Shown in pieces: positions 60,001 to 64,000 of a DNA stretch of 64,000 nt (positions are counted from its first letter, which is position 1; each line of letters opens with the position of its first letter). Both the position numbers and the translations under genes were made by a program. The notes beneath the pieces were generated by a model, which had not been told where the DNA came from, made no database searches, and worked only from the letters and a program-made list of their open reading frames with translations. The DNA lies in the IMG/VR virus record IMGVR_UViG_3300046170_000524. One strand, 5' to 3'. Source of the stretch: a virus.

Positions 60001-61068
60001 GGTATTTCTTAATTGTTCATTTTTCTCTATAGCTTCATTTGTTGCTCCTGCAGAAATTTGAGTTGCGTTTGCAAGGATACCATTTTGTTTCGCGGCATCA
60101 CCAAGAACAGCTTTTAAAACGTTGATTTGAAAAACGCCACCGACTGTCTGAGCTATTTGCGCTTTTTGGGCCTCGGATAATGAATCAAAAGTGTTTGCGA
60201 GATCAGTTAATATTTTCTTCGCTCCAAGAGTCTTACCTTCGATATCTCTAACAGCAATTCCTAAATTCTCTAGTTGATTTAAAGTATCAGTTCTTCCGAT
60301 ACGAGTAAAAATAGTTTTAAAGGAGTTACCAATAACCTTGCCGCCTCGAGCTGTTTGTTGCTGAGCGGCAGTGACTAAGCCAATTAACTCATCAATATTG
60401 ACTCCAGCTCCTTTAGCTGCTGCACCAGTTCTAGATATAGCGTCAGCAAAATCTTCTGCGCTAACCGCAAACTTAACATCAACTGCGGCGAATTTACTTA
60501 CTAATTGAGTAGTATCCTTGATTTGATTACCATAGGTATTCATTGCGGCAGTTAATGACTTTACTGCCTCCGCAGAATCCATACCTGTTAATCGAGTAAG
60601 AATAAGAGCGTCTTTTGTTCTTTTTAAAGATTCTTCTACATTAAGGCCTTGACGAGCATACTCTGTCGCAGCGTCAGCTGCAACCTTAAATGCTGCACCA
60701 GTTTCTTTAGCTACTTTAAATAAACCATCACTAAACGCTTCAAGCTTTTGAGTGCTCAGACCCATAACAACATTAATATCCGCCAAAGATTTTTCAACTT
60801 CAACCATATTGCGAACCATTCCTTTAAATGCGTCCGCCATACCGTTGATTATTGCCATCGAAGCGCCGAAAGCTATAATACGAGCATTCGCGGCTTCCAT
60901 AGACTTACTGAATTCATCAGCAGCCCGCTTCATATTACCTAAAGGTTGGGTCGCGCCCTTATCGTCAACACTTATTTTAATAGGTTGACGCCTAATTCTG
61001 TTTACAGCAGACTGAACCGCTGCCTCAAGAGGTTGTGTATTACCGTGTACGTCAAGATTTATAGCCAT
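54053..61068 (-). CDS. Tape measure protein (~2,300 aa after correcting several frameshifts); ORFs 59215..61068, 58943..59224, 58438..58899 and 54129..58346 merged
   Basis: N-terminal TP901-type TMP domain (VEKSLADINVVM...AATEYARQG...GNSFKTIF.RI); long coiled coil; C-terminal PAMLSEGEYV.KA.SV...G..LL.KIN; corrected end ...VIVEEQKPGGLLQDTK*. Confidence 0.9.
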
Positions 61069-61096
61069 ATTACCTTATTCCTTAATTCAGGTAATT

Positions 61097-61102
61097 ATAC
61101 AC
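61097..61102 (-). promoter_or_regulatory. GTGTAT motif plus tandem AAGG(A/T) leader ahead of TMP
   Basis: tagtgtataattacctgaattaaggaataaggtaatATG on the minus strand. Confidence 0.45.
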
Positions 61103-61108
61103 TAAATA

Positions 61109-62095
61109 TTATTCTACGCCATGTAATTTCATTAAATCTTCCATATTTAAAGTGCCACCTTTTTTCTTTGCTTCTTCATGAAGGTTAATACCTCCCTTAG
61201 GTTTTTGTATACCAAGAAACTCATAATCTTCATCTTTAGCGCCGACAAGAGTACCTGCGTCCCCTTCAGATAATTTTTCCTTTACCTTATCTCTTTCTTC
61301 TTTAGAGCTACTACCAAATTCTAGTAGTTTAGCGGGATCTTGCTTTATATTTTCTGGAATATTTTCATTACTATCGAATATATTTTTAAATACTCTAGTA
61401 TAAACAATTAATCTTATTTGATTATATGTCAATGCACAAAACGGCTTTCCATAAAACTGCATACTATCTTCCGCAAAACTTAAATATGGATTATAAAATT
61501 CTTCTAATATAGTATATTGTATATTTTCTTCAGTAAAGCCCTCAAATATTTGATTATAATTAAATATATATTTTTTAATATCATGATCTTCTAATTCATC
61601 ATAAACTTCTTCACTAAATAATACTTCATTTAAATCTTTGTCTTTGTAAAAACTTTTAATCATATAAAAATCATTCATACGATCTTTTGCATATTTTTCA
61701 CAAGTATTACCAATTAACGATGCTCTCTGAGACTCTAATTCATTAAGCTCTCTAGATTCTTTATCAATCAATTCATTTTGTTTATCAATCGCATTTTTAA
61801 GAACCATCTTATCTCTACCGTCTTTTAAGCCTTTGATAAATATTTTCTTACGCTCAATGCTATCTTCATCAGAATTACTCCATTCACCTTCTTTATTCAA
61901 GAAAACAAGCATGTCACTTTCTGTGGGCACACCTCTTTTTTCGGCAATCTTAAAATACTTATATTCTATTTCCTCAAGCTCTACTTGATCGTGAGGAGTA
62001 AGATGTTTAATGTATACAAACTCTTCTTCAATAATAGAAGTAGAGTATCCACGAACTATATCTCTAAATATTTTTCTTCGTGCTACAGTTTCCAC
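61109..62095 (-). CDS. Putative tail assembly chaperone (second gene before TMP)
   Basis: 328-aa helical ORF immediately upstream of TMP; assignment is positional. Confidence 0.45.
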   Translation of the reverse strand: METVARRKIFRDIVRGYSTSIIEEEFVYIKHLTPHDQVELEEIEYKYFKIAEKRGVPTESDMLVFLNKEGEWSNSDEDSIERKKIFIKGLKDGRDKMVLKNAIDKQNELIDKESRELNELESQRASLIGNTCEKYAKDRMNDFYMIKSFYKDKDLNEVLFSEEVYDELEDHDIKKYIFNYNQIFEGFTEENIQYTILEEFYNPYLSFAEDSMQFYGKPFCALTYNQIRLIVYTRVFKNIFDSNENIPENIKQDPAKLLEFGSSSKEERDKVKEKLSEGDAGTLVGAKDEDYEFLGIQKPKGGINLHEEAKKKGGTLNMEDLMKLHGVE

Positions 62096-62100
62096 GCATA

Positions 62101-62922
62101 TTAAACCCTACCCTCTTCAATATCTTCGTCTAGTTTAGCGAAATCAGCGGTCGATACTGCGCCAGAACTATAATACCAAAAACTAAACAATGCAGCAACT
62201 TTACCGCCAACAATATCGTAAAGCTCATCACCCTCTTCTTCTAGTTCGTAATACCTTTCAAGCTTTTGTTCAAAATCATTACCCTCAAAAAGAGGAACAA
62301 GGTCATCACTATCTTCCTTTTGGGTATATGTTAAGTGAAGGATATACCACTGAATAACTTTATTTTCTGCACGAACATCTGCAGTATGATTAAATAAATT
62401 AGAATATGAAGTTTCTACATCAACGATATTTTTCCTAAGCTCAGTAATTTCAGCGGAAATTTCATCTAACTTTTTTTGATCTTCGTCAGAGATTTTACTT
62501 TTAATTCTTACCCTTTCGCTTTCTTGAGATAATTCTCCATAGCGAATATACATTTTGGTTAAAGCTTTTGCGTCTTCTTCTGGAAGCAGTCCTCCGGTGT
62601 CACTATATTTTTTTGCGAGCATAGCTTTAGTAAGAATCCCCTTTTTAACGCACTTGCTCATTTCAACGCTAAATTCTAATTCCGCGTCTTCAATCTGCCT
62701 TCTGCTAGGTTGCTTCATGACTAACCTATAAGGAATTTTTTCTTCAACTTCTTTAGTTACGGAAACCTCCTCTTCCTCGCCTGTCTCTTGATTTTTGACT
62801 TTATTCGTTTCAGTTTTTTTAACTTTTTCTTTTTTCTCAAAAGTAAAACTATAAATTTCGCGCAGTTTTTTGCGAGTATCATTCATAGTTGGAGTCTTGT
62901 CTAGTGTTTCTGTGTTTTCCAT
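62101..62922 (-). CDS. Putative tail assembly chaperone
   Basis: 273-aa acidic coiled-coil ORF; assignment is positional. Confidence 0.45.
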   Translation of the reverse strand: MENTETLDKTPTMNDTRKKLREIYSFTFEKKEKVKKTETNKVKNQETGEEEEVSVTKEVEEKIPYRLVMKQPSRRQIEDAELEFSVEMSKCVKKGILTKAMLAKKYSDTGGLLPEEDAKALTKMYIRYGELSQESERVRIKSKISDEDQKKLDEISAEITELRKNIVDVETSYSNLFNHTADVRAENKVIQWYILHLTYTQKEDSDDLVPLFEGNDFEQKLERYYELEEEGDELYDIVGGKVAALFSFWYYSSGAVSTADFAKLDEDIEEGRV

Positions 62923-62928
62923 AATATT

Positions 62929-63216
62929 TTATTTAAATATAAATCCTATAGTATAATTATCTAATTCACTTTCGATATTTCTAATAGTTTCATTACCAAT
63001 ATCTAAAGTTTTTTTTCGAAGATGTTTTAATTTCTCTTCACTGAAATAATCGGCCTGGTCAACAACAGGTATACAACCCTCTGGTAGATTGTTTTTTAAT
63101 TTATCAAAATTTATTTGATGCTCTTTATGTAAATCCTCTAGAATAATCAGAAACCCCTTAAAGAGGGAAACTGTATTCCGATGGTAACATTTTTTAAAAA
63201 TGTCTTCTGCTTCCAT
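62929..63216 (-). CDS. Hypothetical protein
   Basis: 95-aa ORF leading the leftward operon. Confidence 0.6.
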   Translation of the reverse strand: MEAEDIFKKCYHRNTVSLFKGFLIILEDLHKEHQINFDKLKNNLPEGCIPVVDQADYFSEEKLKHLRKKTLDIGNETIRNIESELDNYTIGFIFK

Positions 63217-63254
63217 ATACTTATACCTTTATTTTACCTTGTGCCTATAATGAG

Positions 63255-63281
63255 ATACACAAAAAATAATCTTTAGTGTAA
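63255..63281. promoter_or_regulatory. Divergent pair of GTGTA motifs (minus: 63255-63260 GTGTAT; plus: 63276-63281 GTGTAA)
   Basis: Back-to-back motifs in a 73-nt intergenic gap; the plus copy is 8 nt before ATG 63290. Confidence 0.6.
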
Positions 63282-63289
63282 AACTATCT

Positions 63290-63766
63290 ATGGCAGACTT
63301 TTTATCACAAGAAGAAAAAGAAAAAATTGCAGTAAATTTACTGGATCTTCATGATACTTTTGCAAGAGATATAGTTGTTTATAAAGAAGCTAAAAAAGTA
63401 ATTATAAATACAGACCCAAACTATAACTACCTTTACGGAAGCTCTGGTAAATCAACACCTAGCGTAAAAAATGTTCCTGTTAAAAAAATATTTAAAGCAA
63501 GAATAAGATATGATACAGACAGAAACTTGGAGTACTTCGGAGAGACTGGAACTCAGATAAAAGTAAATCGCCCTGATCCAAACAGCACAGTAAGAATTAA
63601 ATTAAAGCTCGAAGATTATGAATTTATAAAAGAAGCTAAAAGAGTTGAATTAGATGGAAGAATGTTTCACGTTGAATCAGATCCTAGGCCTCATGGATTA
63701 TTTGACTCTATTCAGTTTATAACTCTTTTCCTCAAACCAATAGAAGCTAATGGTAAAACGTCTTGA
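63290..63766 (+). CDS. Putative head-tail joining/closure protein
   Basis: 158 aa, beta-rich (KARIRY...VRIKL...RVELDG..F.V.SDPRPHGLF...ITLFL); size and pattern fit head-closure proteins. Confidence 0.35.
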   Translation: MADFLSQEEKEKIAVNLLDLHDTFARDIVVYKEAKKVIINTDPNYNYLYGSSGKSTPSVKNVPVKKIFKARIRYDTDRNLEYFGETGTQIKVNRPDPNSTVRIKLKLEDYEFIKEAKRVELDGRMFHVESDPRPHGLFDSIQFITLFLKPIEANGKTS

Positions 63767-64000
63767 TAGATCTATAAAACTTGCAATAAATAAGCAAATA
63801 AAAAACGACAGAGATCTTAATTCTCAAGCTCGATTAATTATTGAAAAACAATTTAGAGTTATTAAACAAAAGATGCTTTCAGAATTTGAATCTCATCCGG
63901 TAACACGAGAATTGAAAGCGGGCTCGGCATCTTCAAATATAACAAATTCCTTAGATGAAGGTAATCTATATGGCTTCATTGGTTTTGAGGCTGGGTCAGA
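63750..64000 (+). CDS. Hypothetical protein, 3' truncated by window edge
   Basis: Open frame MVKRLDRSIKLAINKQIK...HPVTRELKAG...GNLYGFIGFEAGS, overlapping the previous stop. Confidence 0.6.
   Translation, partial: MVKRLDRSIKLAINKQIKNDRDLNSQARLIIEKQFRVIKQKMLSEFESHPVTRELKAGSASSNITNSLDEGNLYGFIGFEAGS

Noticed and set aside
54053-61068. TMP, J, DUF2827 and GT genes as true pseudogenes
   Set aside because: The lesions are single homopolymer indels with no in-frame nonsense codons or decay; sequencing error is more parsimonious.
62095-62115. Programmed -1 frameshift (lambda G/GT type) between the two pre-TMP chaperone genes at GGGTTTA
   Set aside because: The downstream ORF is in the -1 frame, but the heptamer is out of phase with the upstream codons (AGG GTT TAA), so canonical tandem slippage does not fit, and the downstream gene has its own GTG start. 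Not excluded, but unsupported.
1-64000. Integrated prophage with host flank
   Set aside because: No integrase, att-like junction or host housekeeping genes; phage-type genes run to both edges.

Overview
A 64-kb slice of a large, AT-rich tailed-phage genome. No host housekeeping genes, integrase, tRNA, rRNA or CRISPR are visible. From left to right: (1) 1-15.7 kb, a tightly coupled operon of about 8 tail-fibre/adhesin genes. Three beta-propeller/CBM/LamG paralogs and two GNVGIGTT/S74-chaperone paralogs are built from variable modules between nucleotide-conserved blocks, and the identity between paralogs is patchwork. (2) 15.7-22.1 kb, a glycosylation-like cluster (two DUF2827-like genes and a probable four-domain glycosyltransferase) followed by a Ser-rich higher-order repeat coiled-coil gene and a terminator. 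(3) 22-27 kb, a J-domain protein, a small basic protein and putative structural genes. (4) 27-35.4 kb, two divergent operons driven by canonical sigma70 promoters with near-leaderless starts: dNMP kinase, sigma factor, SSB, GT4 on one side; HTH, Whirly/PC4-like, two GT-B genes and a Rad52-like annealing protein on the other. (5) 35.4-63.2 kb, a minus-strand lambda-type tail module: chaperones, a ~2,300-aa tape measure protein, and M, L, K, I-J and J-extension genes. A GTGTA(A/T/G) motif recurs ahead of operon-leading genes and is a candidate phage late promoter. About 15 apparent frameshifts, mostly one extra base in a homopolymer, split otherwise intact genes; these look like read/assembly errors, and the affected genes are merged here. 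The best candidates for new biology are the recombining fibre-module array, a tape measure protein with a nuclease-like cargo between G(Y/H)IPNF repeats, and a two-tier glycosyltransferase set. All family assignments are from motif recognition by eye; no database search was run.
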